From: a virus
Taxonomy: Duplodnaviria; Caudoviricetes
Length of the DNA stretch: 25,379 bases
Reading direction: 5' to 3' (one strand)
IMG/VR virus record: IMGVR_UViG_3300024494_000023
Coordinates: 1-25,379 of that record
Position 1 is the first letter of the stretch, and the number at the start of each line of letters is the position of its first letter. Both the position numbers and the translations under genes were made by a program. Positions 1-8,221 of the stretch are shown here, one piece after another. Under the pieces are notes generated by a model, which saw only the letters and a program-made list of their open reading frames with translations, did not search any database and was not told the DNA's origin.

Positions 1-12
1 GTGTCAGAAGTC

Positions 13-477
13 TTACATGAAGACATCAGACAACAAGCAATCAGCATCAGCAAGCTTACACCAACATTCATTTTGTGGTTCCCAGACATATAGTGTAATA
101 GTTTTTTGGTCTTCAGTTACTGCAATCAGAATTGTGTCATGACCACCATCAGAAACAGCATTGACAGGCTTCTTGCCTATCGTCATCCGAACTTCAAATG
201 CACCAGCAGTTACATTTGCTTTTGGATCACGTTTGCGATTGCTGCGAAGAAATTTTGCAATAGCTTCCATTGCAAACTCTTCGCACATCCCCGATCCAGG
301 TTCATAAACAAAGTCATTTGCAAACTTCCACTTACGCCAGAACTCATTCCAGTCATCTTCGATGAAGTCTTTCGAGAAAACAAACACATCAACAGCGCGA
401 ATCATCTGAGGATACTGAACAAAACCATGTCCAGCCTCAAGAATGAGTGCTTTAATTGTATCGACTGTCGTAATCAT
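13..477 (-). CDS. Putative papain/transglutaminase-fold cysteine hydrolase (MOA agglutinin C-terminal-like)
   Basis: Motifs MCEEFA, GHDTILI and YVWEPQ resemble the DCDDFA / HAxN / EPQ pattern of this family. The start overlaps the stop of the upstream lipoprotein gene. Confidence 0.5.
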   Translation of the reverse strand: MITTVDTIKALILEAGHGFVQYPQMIRAVDVFVFSKDFIEDDWNEFWRKWKFANDFVYEPGSGMCEEFAMEAIAKFLRSNRKRDPKANVTAGAFEVRMTIGKKPVNAVSDGGHDTILIAVTEDQKTITLYVWEPQNECWCKLADADCLLSDVFM

Positions 478-650
478 TCGAGAGCTTTCTTATCAAGAGC
501 ATCCAAAATCTCTATCATGCGGGCATCTGGAACCAAGTAACCATCAACAGGAGCTTTGTCACCAACTTTCAAACGCAGAATTTCTTTATTTGCGGGAATT
601 ATTACCAATCTCACGCAGCCTGTCATCGACACGCTTGTTAAGACCAGCAA
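474..650 (-). CDS. Putative o-spanin lipoprotein
   Basis: Hydrophobic signal followed by a lipobox-like SMTG-C. Overlaps the 3' end of the membrane-anchored ORF 586-798. Start uncertain (650 or 695). Confidence 0.5.
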   Translation of the reverse strand: MLVLTSVSMTGCVRLVIIPANKEILRLKVGDKAPVDGYLVPDARMIEILDALDKKALE

Positions 651-798
651 CATCTTCACGACCAACAATCCCGCGAACTTGAACTTGAGCTTCATTTAGA
701 AGTTCTGATTTTGTTTTTGGTGTCTCTATCTTACGCCTTGCCAGCCAAAGCAAAAACGTAAGGATAGAGACAACAAGACCTGCGATAGCTGCTGTCAT
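586..798 (-). CDS. Putative i-spanin-like membrane protein
   Basis: Single N-terminal TM helix (AAIAGLVVSILTFLLWLA) then a basic, helical tail. Coupled to the holin stop. Confidence 0.45.
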   Translation of the reverse strand: MTAAIAGLVVSILTFLLWLARRKIETPKTKSELLNEAQVQVRGIVGREDVAGLNKRVDDRLREIGNNSRK

Positions 799-989
799 TT
801 CTTGTCTGTATCAGCAGGCTTCTCAGCATCCTTCGCGACAATCAAACCCCAACCAGCAGTTAATCCAGCAGCAACGGTAGCCCAATCTGGATTCGTGAGA
901 GAGTTACCATCAAACAATGAATGTAGAACATTACCCACGACAGCAAGGATAGAACCAACACCAGCTACAGTTGTTTTCCAGTTTTTCAT
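795..989 (-). CDS. Putative holin
   Basis: 64 aa, MKNWKTTVAG start typical of small phage holins, two hydrophobic segments and a charged C-terminus. Confidence 0.6.
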   Translation of the reverse strand: MKNWKTTVAGVGSILAVVGNVLHSLFDGNSLTNPDWATVAAGLTAGWGLIVAKDAEKPADTDKK

Positions 990-1003
990 ACTTGTGTTAT
1001 TTG

Positions 1004-1264
1004 TTAATGACCACTACCACCTGAACCGAAATACTTTGCCACTAGAGCACCAACACTACCAGATGCTGCACTTGCCCCCGCGATGAATCCAATAAACTTC
1101 TTCTTGTCTCCTTCAATTGCAGTCACACGGTCAGTGAGCTTCGCATCAGCAGCATCTTTCGCTTTTCTGTAAGCACGAGTCTCACTTATATGGTTCGAAA
1201 GTAGTGTTTTAATTTCTGTAAGTCGAGAGTCAATGCTATTTGGGTTATAGTCTTCTTGGCTCAT
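1004..1264 (-). CDS. Small coiled-coil protein with C-terminal TM segment (lysis-cassette membrane protein)
   Basis: Helical N-terminus and hydrophobic FIGFIAGASAASGSVGALVA. Lies directly upstream of the holin. Confidence 0.5.
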   Translation of the reverse strand: MSQEDYNPNSIDSRLTEIKTLLSNHISETRAYRKAKDAADAKLTDRVTAIEGDKKKFIGFIAGASAASGSVGALVAKYFGSGGSGH

Positions 1265-1318
1265 AATAGCAGTTAGAGTTGCGTGATTTGGTCTAGGTCG
1301 AGGGGCATGTTCTGAAGG

Positions 1319-1996
1319 TTAGTATCTTTCAACGAGAACAAACGATCTTACCGTGATGGGATCAGTGTTGGCGGCGCTTCCGTGGTGGAGCAACACATGC
1401 AAAACATTCGTTGAGGCCAACGTGTTCCAATTCATCACTGATGGAACGACGGTTGACACATATCCTGAAAATGGCCCAACAAACTGGTAATTGAAACCCT
1501 CGTTTTCCATGACGAATGTGATTGGAGTAGTGGCTTGCCAATAAGATGTGGCCGTCAACGCCCCAAACCCTGCAACCACCGTGCCATTAGTGGTGTCCGC
1601 CCGAAATTCCCACCACCAAACAGGCTGCGTCGTGATATTTGTTTTGGATGTCCTGTATCCACACAAAATCTGAGATTTCTCCGACATGAGCGGAGGAAGC
1701 GTGATCGAGGCGTAAATGTTTGTCTCCAGTGTGCTCGGCGTGCCGGTAAAGTAGTTAGATGCACCGACGTAAATCGTTCGGTAACGCGAGCCAACCGTCA
1801 CAAAGTCGCCAACGATGTTCGTCCCGAATACCGTGTTGGTGCTGAACGTGTTTGTTCCGCTGAAAACATTTGTCCCGCTCAACAGCGCCACGTTCGTCGA
1901 ACCTCCAGGAATTACAGTGCCGCTTGGACTTCCCGGTCCTACTGCTGCATTAACACAAGCAGCAGACAACAGTAACAAAATAAGTAGAGATTTCAT
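1319..1996 (-). CDS. Thr/Asn-rich beta protein with signal peptide (putative virion appendage or surface protein)
   Basis: ATG at 1996 abuts the upstream stop at 1998. MKSLLILLLLSAACVNA signal-like N-terminus and GTNxF repeats. Confidence 0.55.
   Translation of the reverse strand: MKSLLILLLLSAACVNAAVGPGSPSGTVIPGGSTNVALLSGTNVFSGTNTFSTNTVFGTNIVGDFVTVGSRYRTIYVGASNYFTGTPSTLETNIYASITLPPLMSEKSQILCGYRTSKTNITTQPVWWWEFRADTTNGTVVAGFGALTATSYWQATTPITFVMENEGFNYQFVGPFSGYVSTVVPSVMNWNTLASTNVLHVLLHHGSAANTDPITVRSFVLVERY
1571..1586 (-). promoter_or_regulatory. Candidate internal sigma54 promoter upstream of the lysis cassette
   Basis: TGGCACGGTGGTTGCA is a full GG-N10-GC consensus in sense orientation, but lies inside coding sequence. 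Confidence 0.4.
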
Positions 1997-1997
1997 A

Positions 1998-2423
1998 TTA
2001 CTGTGTAACAGGACTATATTTTGTGCCATAAGCCAACTTCACATCAGCAGCACCAAGAGTAAGCGTTGTTTCAGTTGTTGAAACAGCAATAACAATTCCA
2101 TCAGAAAACATAAACCCTTCAGCAGGCAAATCCACAAAGAACTGAAAATTAGCAGCAAGGGCAATAATCATGAATGGAGCCGCACCATTTCCAGGAAGGG
2201 CAGCAGCATCGAAAATATGCAGCCACTGAGCAGCACCTTTATTATAGCCAACAAGAGAAACCAGATGAATGCCGGGCATTCCAGCAGCCTTCGAGATAAC
2301 AGCAGAAGAATACCAGCTATTTGAAATTGCAGTCCGAAGGTATGGCGTAACAGGCTGATCATTTGTCACCTTGACATTGATCGGATCACTGCTATTCAGC
2401 GGAGGAGGAAATTGAGGTAGCAT
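1998..2423 (-). CDS. Putative beta-sandwich virion protein
   Basis: Beta-strand pattern (LVGYN...WLHIFD...FSDGIVIAVST). Lies in the structural operon. Confidence 0.5.
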   Translation of the reverse strand: MLPQFPPPLNSSDPINVKVTNDQPVTPYLRTAISNSWYSSAVISKAAGMPGIHLVSLVGYNKGAAQWLHIFDAAALPGNGAAPFMIIALAANFQFFVDLPAEGFMFSDGIVIAVSTTETTLTLGAADVKLAYGTKYSPVTQ

Positions 2424-2525
2424 AGTCTTCTTCGGGTTATCTCACTTGCAACAAGGAAGTTTTGTATTGGTTATCCCCTTACTCCAATTCGGATTGATAT
2501 TAGCTTGGACGCTTAAGCTCAATCC

Positions 2526-3026
2526 TTAATTCAAACGGCGATACGTAACCGTAAGAGTGGCATTCGTAGTGTAGTTCGCGATCAAACCACGAACAGTCTG
2601 GATGTTCACAGACGACGTAGTCGAAGCGCTTGCACCAGCAGAAAACGTTCCCAGCAAAGGCAACGTGTTCGTGTTAGCAGAGTTCGATTGAGTCGTAGTG
2701 AAGTATCCAGTGAACGTATTCGTCTGCAACTTACCAAGCGAGTTGGTAATAACAGACGTAATGTTCGTCGCATACGTGATAGCACTTGTGTAAGCTGCAT
2801 TCGTGTAAGTAGTCGAAGCAGTTGTGTTGTCATACAACTTCACAGTCGTGGGACCAACAGAAGCACCGAGCACAGTCACACTAGTAATCTGAACAGGATA
2901 AGTGAACAGGACACCAGTGCCACCAGCAGTGACATTCGTGCTAAACGTGGATTGGGCATTGGCGCTAAAGCCCATCAAGAGGGCAAGAGCGGCAATCGAA
3001 ACAAACTTAATGAGGGATTTCTTCAT
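2526..3026 (-). CDS. Thr-rich beta protein with Sec-type signal peptide
   Basis: MKKSLIKFVSIAALALLMGFSANA|Q has basic n-region, hydrophobic h-region and an AxA cleavage site. Follows the capsid gene. Confidence 0.6.
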   Translation of the reverse strand: MKKSLIKFVSIAALALLMGFSANAQSTFSTNVTAGGTGVLFTYPVQITSVTVLGASVGPTTVKLYDNTTASTTYTNAAYTSAITYATNITSVITNSLGKLQTNTFTGYFTTTQSNSANTNTLPLLGTFSAGASASTTSSVNIQTVRGLIANYTTNATLTVTYRRLN

Positions 3027-3104
3027 GTTGATTATCAGGATTTGAGTTGTAGTTTTTGTGAATTCTTGGTTAGTTACTTCCCAAGAACACCATTCATTCA
3101 TCAT

Positions 3105-4406
3105 TTACGCGGCAACAGGGTTACGAGCACCACGGAAACGACGGAACAGAATCGGAAGCACACCACGCTTCTGAGTTCCAACAATACCAAGAACAGCATG
3201 AGAGATCAGCTGGAGGTATTCCTTATACTTATTGGTGTCCCAATAAGTTTGATCATTCTCATCAGTGCAAGGAACAGCAACGTTATCAGTCATGATAACG
3301 CGACCATTCCAAGGCATCGAAGAGAAGTTCTTCGGAGGAGCACCAACACGGAGCATGTCATACGGCTTACCACCAGAAACCAAGAACGCAACCTCAAACT
3401 GAGCATTGACGTAAGCAGGATTCGGAATGGTTTCACCATAGTTCTCTGCATCAGGATTCAACTCTTGAGTCTCTGGAGCAGGGAATGAATACGCATCAGG
3501 ATTGCCGGGCTGGAGCGTAGTGTCAAACGCGATACGAAGAGGCATATCTTCGAGCTTACACATGACACGACCAAATAGACTGCCAGTGAAACCAGCAGTG
3601 ATGATGTTCAAATCAATCTGCTTGTAACTCAACAGCCACGGATCATAGATGAACTGGTTGTAGGTATCGCTACCAAGAACAAGACAGAACTTCTGATCCA
3701 GAGGAGAGTTATCACCAGAAGGAAGTGAATTACCCTTGAACGCAGGCATACGCTGATCATCCAAGTGAGAGCACGCGAGATTGATCGCGTTCAAACTCAG
3801 ATTACCGACATTGGCAATGCCAGCGATTGTAGCAGCAAGGTAAGCATTGGTCTTACCAGAAGTGCCAGTGGAGTTACCATCACCTTGAGGAGCCAGATAG
3901 ATACCATCGTTGTTAGTTCCAGCACCATTTGGAATCATCAGATAGCGCGACTGATGGAAAATGTGTGTCCGAGCGAACACATCCATAAACCGCGAAACCT
4001 GCATGTTGATATTCTCAAGAGTGAAGTCAACATGGTCATTCAAGAAATCCTGGAAATTAGGCAAGAAGTTGAAGATCGGCGACTCAAACTTTTGATGACG
4101 CAAGCTAAACGGAGTAGCGCGCTCCCGAACAGCAATGATGTCTTTCTTCGCAGAAGAGCTAAGCGCAACTGGAAATGCAGTTGAACGAAGATGCGGAGAA
4201 AACTCCTTTTGAATAACCTTACCAAGGTTACCCATGTTTTGTTCCCAGTTACGGGAACCTAGCAGCTTGGACCAAACAGCCCAGGTTTTGAGTTGTTCAG
4301 CTTGTTTCTTTTGGAAATAAACCGGGAGCTTATTATAGCGGTCCCGATCCAATTCCGTCCACGACGTGCAAGCGTCGTTATCAATAGAGGGCAATCCAGT
4401 GGGCAT
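3105..4406 (-). CDS. Probable major capsid protein
   Basis: 433 aa. Sits in terminase-portal-scaffold-capsid order and has its own promoter and structured leader. Call rests mainly on synteny and size. Confidence 0.7.
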   Translation of the reverse strand: MPTGLPSIDNDACTSWTELDRDRYNKLPVYFQKKQAEQLKTWAVWSKLLGSRNWEQNMGNLGKVIQKEFSPHLRSTAFPVALSSSAKKDIIAVRERATPFSLRHQKFESPIFNFLPNFQDFLNDHVDFTLENINMQVSRFMDVFARTHIFHQSRYLMIPNGAGTNNDGIYLAPQGDGNSTGTSGKTNAYLAATIAGIANVGNLSLNAINLACSHLDDQRMPAFKGNSLPSGDNSPLDQKFCLVLGSDTYNQFIYDPWLLSYKQIDLNIITAGFTGSLFGRVMCKLEDMPLRIAFDTTLQPGNPDAYSFPAPETQELNPDAENYGETIPNPAYVNAQFEVAFLVSGGKPYDMLRVGAPPKNFSSMPWNGRVIMTDNVAVPCTDENDQTYWDTNKYKEYLQLISHAVLGIVGTQKRGVLPILFRRFRGARNPVAA

Positions 4407-4557
4407 AAACAGTTCGACTTTCTTCTATCTACTTATGCTGGGCGAGACAGAATTAAACCCAGATTGAATCGTTACCGTGATTCAAACAACGCGGGTTGCT
4501 GCCCTGCAACGAAACGTAGCAAATCCACTCGCTGCCCTGCGAACTGTTTAGTAGCAC
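4406..4557 (-). promoter_or_regulatory. Structured 5' leader of the capsid mRNA
   Basis: 11-bp inverted repeat 4406-4416/4540-4550, two hairpins with identical AGGGCA loops (4495-4510, 4529-4542) and a hairpin at 4464-4485. Confidence 0.6.
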
Positions 4558-4567
4558 CTGTAGCTAG

Positions 4568-4584
4568 AGCAATAGCCGTGCCAA
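4568..4584 (-). promoter_or_regulatory. Sigma54 (-24/-12) promoter for the capsid operon
   Basis: TTGGCACGGCTATTGCT matches YTGGCACG-N4-TTGCW exactly. Intergenic and in sense orientation. Confidence 0.8.
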
Positions 4585-4879
4585 ATCATAAATGATTTGT
4601 TCGGCGTGCTGCAACGCCTTGCGGCGTTGCCGCGCACGCCAACTGGCTTCAGCACGCCGCAGTCTTCGCGACCGCTTGCTCGACTCAGCGAGTGTCCCGG
4701 CTTCGGCACGCTCGGGCTAAAGCACACGCAACTTCCAGCGTGCACAACACCCTTGCTTCGAGCCGAACCCTCCGGGACTCCTCGCCCGCAACACTACTCC
4801 TCGCGCCAAAGAACGCATAACCCAACCGGAGGGATTAGCTCACAGTTGGGTTTGTAGCGAGGCTGAATGTTGTGTTGTG

Positions 4880-6040
4880 TTATGTCCCTCGCATGAATTT
4901 ATCAAGCTGCTCGACTGTCATGTTCTCGACATCGGCAGTTCCTTTAGACCCAGATGGTGAGCTAGAGTTTATACTGGACATATTCGGGCCAGCCTTCTTC
5001 GCATCTGCTTTAATTGCAGCCTTTGCGGATAGTTGTTTTGTGAGGGCTTGATTGTTATTGTTCAAGATCTGAATGCAGGCCATCGCTTTCGCAAGGAAAG
5101 GTGAAAGAGGATGATCGCGCATCTCTTCTGGGATAGCGTGAAGAATGTTCTTGATTGTTGCTTGATGAGGAGAGTTTGGATCCTCGAAGAACGGAAAGTA
5201 TTTCTTCTCATAGGATTTGATACCAGACACAATCTCATTCCTGCGCTGTGAATAACTGCCCGCAATTTGCTTCAACTCTTGCTCTGCTTGCGAGCGATAC
5301 TGCGTGGCTAGTGTAAGCTGTTGCAACAGTTGGGCTTTTGCGGCAGGAGTTGCGGGCTGAGCTTTTCCTGCAACGTATTGACCTCTCTCGTTTGTTTCGA
5401 GAGGCTGCCAGTCTTCACCGGATTCACACTTCGCATACTGGTCTTGCCAGAACTTCGATTCAAACTGGAGAGCTTGAACCTCCTGAGCCTTCGACTGAAA
5501 TGCGGGAGCTAGTTCATAAGCCCGCTCGTGGTCGTAAACTGACTTTGGTTCAGCCGTCTTTACTTTGAGTTCTCGCTCTTCTAGTTCTTTACGCTTCTCT
5601 TCGACCTTCTTAAACTCCTGATACTTGGGATACAATGCTTTGTAAGCATCGTTGCTCATTCCTTTGAACAACTTCACTTCATCTTCATTAAGTCCAGTGT
5701 AGTCACGTGCAGAAGACTTCTGAGGTTGAGCTTGAGGCTGAGGCGCAGCGGGGGCAGGAACAGGAACTTCTTCCTCCTCTTCCTTAGCCTTAGGCTTTAG
5801 CGTCGGATCGACATCTGATTCACCCTTGAGAAACTTTTCAAGAGCATCTCCATCAACATCGTCAGGAACAACTTTGACTTTTCCTTCTGGCACTGAGGGT
5901 GTGACCTCTGTCTCAACGACAGGAGCCTCTGCTGCCGGTGCCTCAGCAGCAGGAGTTGGAACTTCAATGACAGGAGGCGTATCAAATACGCTACCCGCGG
6001 GCTGTTCAGTAACTTGTGTTGTGTTTGTTTCTGCGTCCAT
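4880..6040 (-). CDS. Probable capsid scaffolding protein
   Basis: Acidic Pro/Glu-rich disordered N-terminus, coiled-coil middle and short C-terminal helix. Lies between portal and capsid. Start at MDAET (6040). Confidence 0.6.
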   Translation of the reverse strand: MDAETNTTQVTEQPAGSVFDTPPVIEVPTPAAEAPAAEAPVVETEVTPSVPEGKVKVVPDDVDGDALEKFLKGESDVDPTLKPKAKEEEEEVPVPAPAAPQPQAQPQKSSARDYTGLNEDEVKLFKGMSNDAYKALYPKYQEFKKVEEKRKELEERELKVKTAEPKSVYDHERAYELAPAFQSKAQEVQALQFESKFWQDQYAKCESGEDWQPLETNERGQYVAGKAQPATPAAKAQLLQQLTLATQYRSQAEQELKQIAGSYSQRRNEIVSGIKSYEKKYFPFFEDPNSPHQATIKNILHAIPEEMRDHPLSPFLAKAMACIQILNNNNQALTKQLSAKAAIKADAKKAGPNMSSINSSSPSGSKGTADVENMTVEQLDKFMRGT

Positions 6041-6341
6041 AAGCAATAACTTTATCCAGCGTTTTACTCTCCAATAGCATCGCCCTGATCTTCGACGAAG
6101 ACCTAGATTCATCAAGCGTTGCTAAATCTTTTGACTCTGCAATCAGATGTGCAGATTGACGTTCAAGTTCAGTCATGAACTCTTCTGTGAAGCTGTGACC
6201 AAGCCAACTCTGCTGCGATGCAGCAAACGCAACTTCATCAAATGGCTCTGGTTTCTTCTCGAACTCTACATTTGCAGAGCCTCCATTACGAAGGTGTTCA
6301 TCGTAATCCGCTGCCATTTCTTGTAGTGATTTTGTCATCAT
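6006..6341 (-). CDS. Hypothetical protein between portal and scaffold
   Basis: 111 aa, overlapping both neighbouring genes. Confidence 0.6.
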   Translation of the reverse strand: MMTKSLQEMAADYDEHLRNGGSANVEFEKKPEPFDEVAFAASQQSWLGHSFTEEFMTELERQSAHLIAESKDLATLDESRSSSKIRAMLLESKTLDKVIAYGRRNKHNTSY

Positions 6342-8221
6342 GTCTGAGGTTGAGGTTGTTGAGGATTAAGGACAGCTTGAACTTGAGCCTGCAACTGCAT
6401 TAGTTGTTGCTTCTGCTCTGGCGGCAAAGCAGCAAGCTCTTCTGGTCGATTCATCACGAGGTTCTGTAGCAAGTCTGCACAGACAGCGAGAAGTTGTTTA
6501 GCATTCTGATCATCTTGGATTGCAGTAGCCCATTGATCGCCTCCTTCTGGAAAAGCCGTCATCAACATGCTCCGCAAGAACTGACCGGCGGCAGCAGTCT
6601 GTGAGATCACTGGCCAGAACTCCTGCATCTTACGCACACGTTCTGCCCGCTGCACAACATCCACATCGCCCGCAGCTTTCACGTAATACTCACGTCCGAT
6701 AAGGTCCTTATTGTTGGTCATCAAGCCAGTCGCTGGGTCTTGAATCTGCAAGAACTTAATCTTGTCCATCATCGCCAGACTTTGCACAATCATCCAACAA
6801 CGACGATATACAGCACACACCCAAGCCGAATACAATGTAACTTGCACACCACTCAGCAGACCAGCTTGTTGCGAAGCAGCTTGAATTTCTGTGGCAGTCT
6901 TACGAGAGTCTTTACGATTGTTGACAGCGAAATCAACCTGGCCATTCTCGTCAGCGTTTGAAGTATTGAACCATTGCAGAGCACTCAACACAACAGGGTT
7001 TGGATACTCGGAATGGAAGAAGTCAACAGGCTTGTCATACATTGCGCCATGCTGCAACTTCACCGGCAACTGCTTCGGCGGGGCCGATGATCCTTGTTGC
7101 AAGTCAGATTTCACTGCCGCATACACATTGCTCGCCCGCATCATGCCATTGATGAATCCAGATGCAATCGCAGTTTGAGCTTCCTGTGCATACTGATCCA
7201 TGAACACACGACCCTTCGTCGTAAAGATTTGTTGATTCTCTGTCTCGTGATAACGCAGAAGGTAGATTGGATACTGTGTTTCATCATCGTCTACGACGAC
7301 CTCCTTCTGAACAGGCTGCATCATTTGTGAAGGCAATCCAGTCATTGGATCAGTCATCACAGTCTCCTGCATCTCAGTCACAACTTCAATATGCTGCCTA
7401 CCTAAGTAGAGTTTCTCAGGCTTCTTGATCCAATCATTGCACGCACTTGTCGATCCAATCACTGTGCTCGAATCACAACGCCACGCAACATACACAACAC
7501 CATTCTCACGGAAAAAGCATTTCCAGACGCGATAGTTCTTCAGTCCAGCACGAGAAGAGTCTTTATCTGCTGAGATGAGCATCTCAACCTGTGCACCGTC
7601 AAAACCAAACTCAAGGACAAACTTCTTCAGTTGTTGTGCATTCAGATCGTAACCACGACAAACATAGGATGCCAACTGCAAATCAAGACACTCGATAGGG
7701 AACAACAACTTGTCATGACTGACATGCTCAATGCCGACATTCAATGGCTTTGTCTCATCGAGAACAACTTCAACGGAATCCCATCCGTGAGTCTGCGCTC
7801 CATCAGTAGCTTTGAACATCGGAATCTCCCATTCAGGAAATCGCATGCCCTCAGTAAACGCTTGTTCGAGGGCTTCTTCTCCTTTCTGTGCGGTATCCCA
7901 CATCCCGTGGCGTTCCCTAAAAATCAACGACCTGCGGGATTGTGTAAGGAATGCGATATACGACGGCTGCTCACGGCGTATGTTCTTATCTGCGACACGC
8001 TGCGGTGTGATGATTTCGTCATCCTTGATGACACCAGCAGAACGCATCTTCTTCACATCAATATCAATGTAACGCAAAGTCCGACGCACACGCGTCTGGA
8101 TGAACTCCCCATTCCAGTCTTTCAGAAGCTCCTCGAACTGCGTCGAAAAGAAAGCATAATCCGAATACGTCCTTTCGGCTGGTTCGGCGGGTGTTAGTTG
8201 TGGATCAATTACTGTAGTCAT
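6338..8221 (-). CDS. Portal protein
   Basis: 627 aa directly after TerL. KTATEI motif typical of podovirus-like portals and a Gln-rich C-terminal helix. Confidence 0.75.
   Translation of the reverse strand: MTTVIDPQLTPAEPAERTYSDYAFFSTQFEELLKDWNGEFIQTRVRRTLRYIDIDVKKMRSAGVIKDDEIITPQRVADKNIRREQPSYIAFLTQSRRSLIFRERHGMWDTAQKGEEALEQAFTEGMRFPEWEIPMFKATDGAQTHGWDSVEVVLDETKPLNVGIEHVSHDKLLFPIECLDLQLASYVCRGYDLNAQQLKKFVLEFGFDGAQVEMLISADKDSSRAGLKNYRVWKCFFRENGVVYVAWRCDSSTVIGSTSACNDWIKKPEKLYLGRQHIEVVTEMQETVMTDPMTGLPSQMMQPVQKEVVVDDDETQYPIYLLRYHETENQQIFTTKGRVFMDQYAQEAQTAIASGFINGMMRASNVYAAVKSDLQQGSSAPPKQLPVKLQHGAMYDKPVDFFHSEYPNPVVLSALQWFNTSNADENGQVDFAVNNRKDSRKTATEIQAASQQAGLLSGVQVTLYSAWVCAVYRRCWMIVQSLAMMDKIKFLQIQDPATGLMTNNKDLIGREYYVKAAGDVDVVQRAERVRKMQEFWPVISQTAAAGQFLRSMLMTAFPEGGDQWATAIQDDQNAKQLLAVCADLLQNLVMNRPEELAALPPEQKQQLMQLQAQVQAVLNPQQPQPQT

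Noticed and set aside
2688-3488. 266-aa plus-strand ORF and other long antisense ORFs (7631-8197, 10731-11342, 17286-17984)
   Set aside because: Shadow frames of well-supported opposite-strand genes with no recognisable motifs.
4548-4857. Short ORFs 4548-4745 (-) and 4597-4857 (+)
   Set aside because: Non-ATG starts and no protein-like features. The region is better explained by RNA structure and the promoter.
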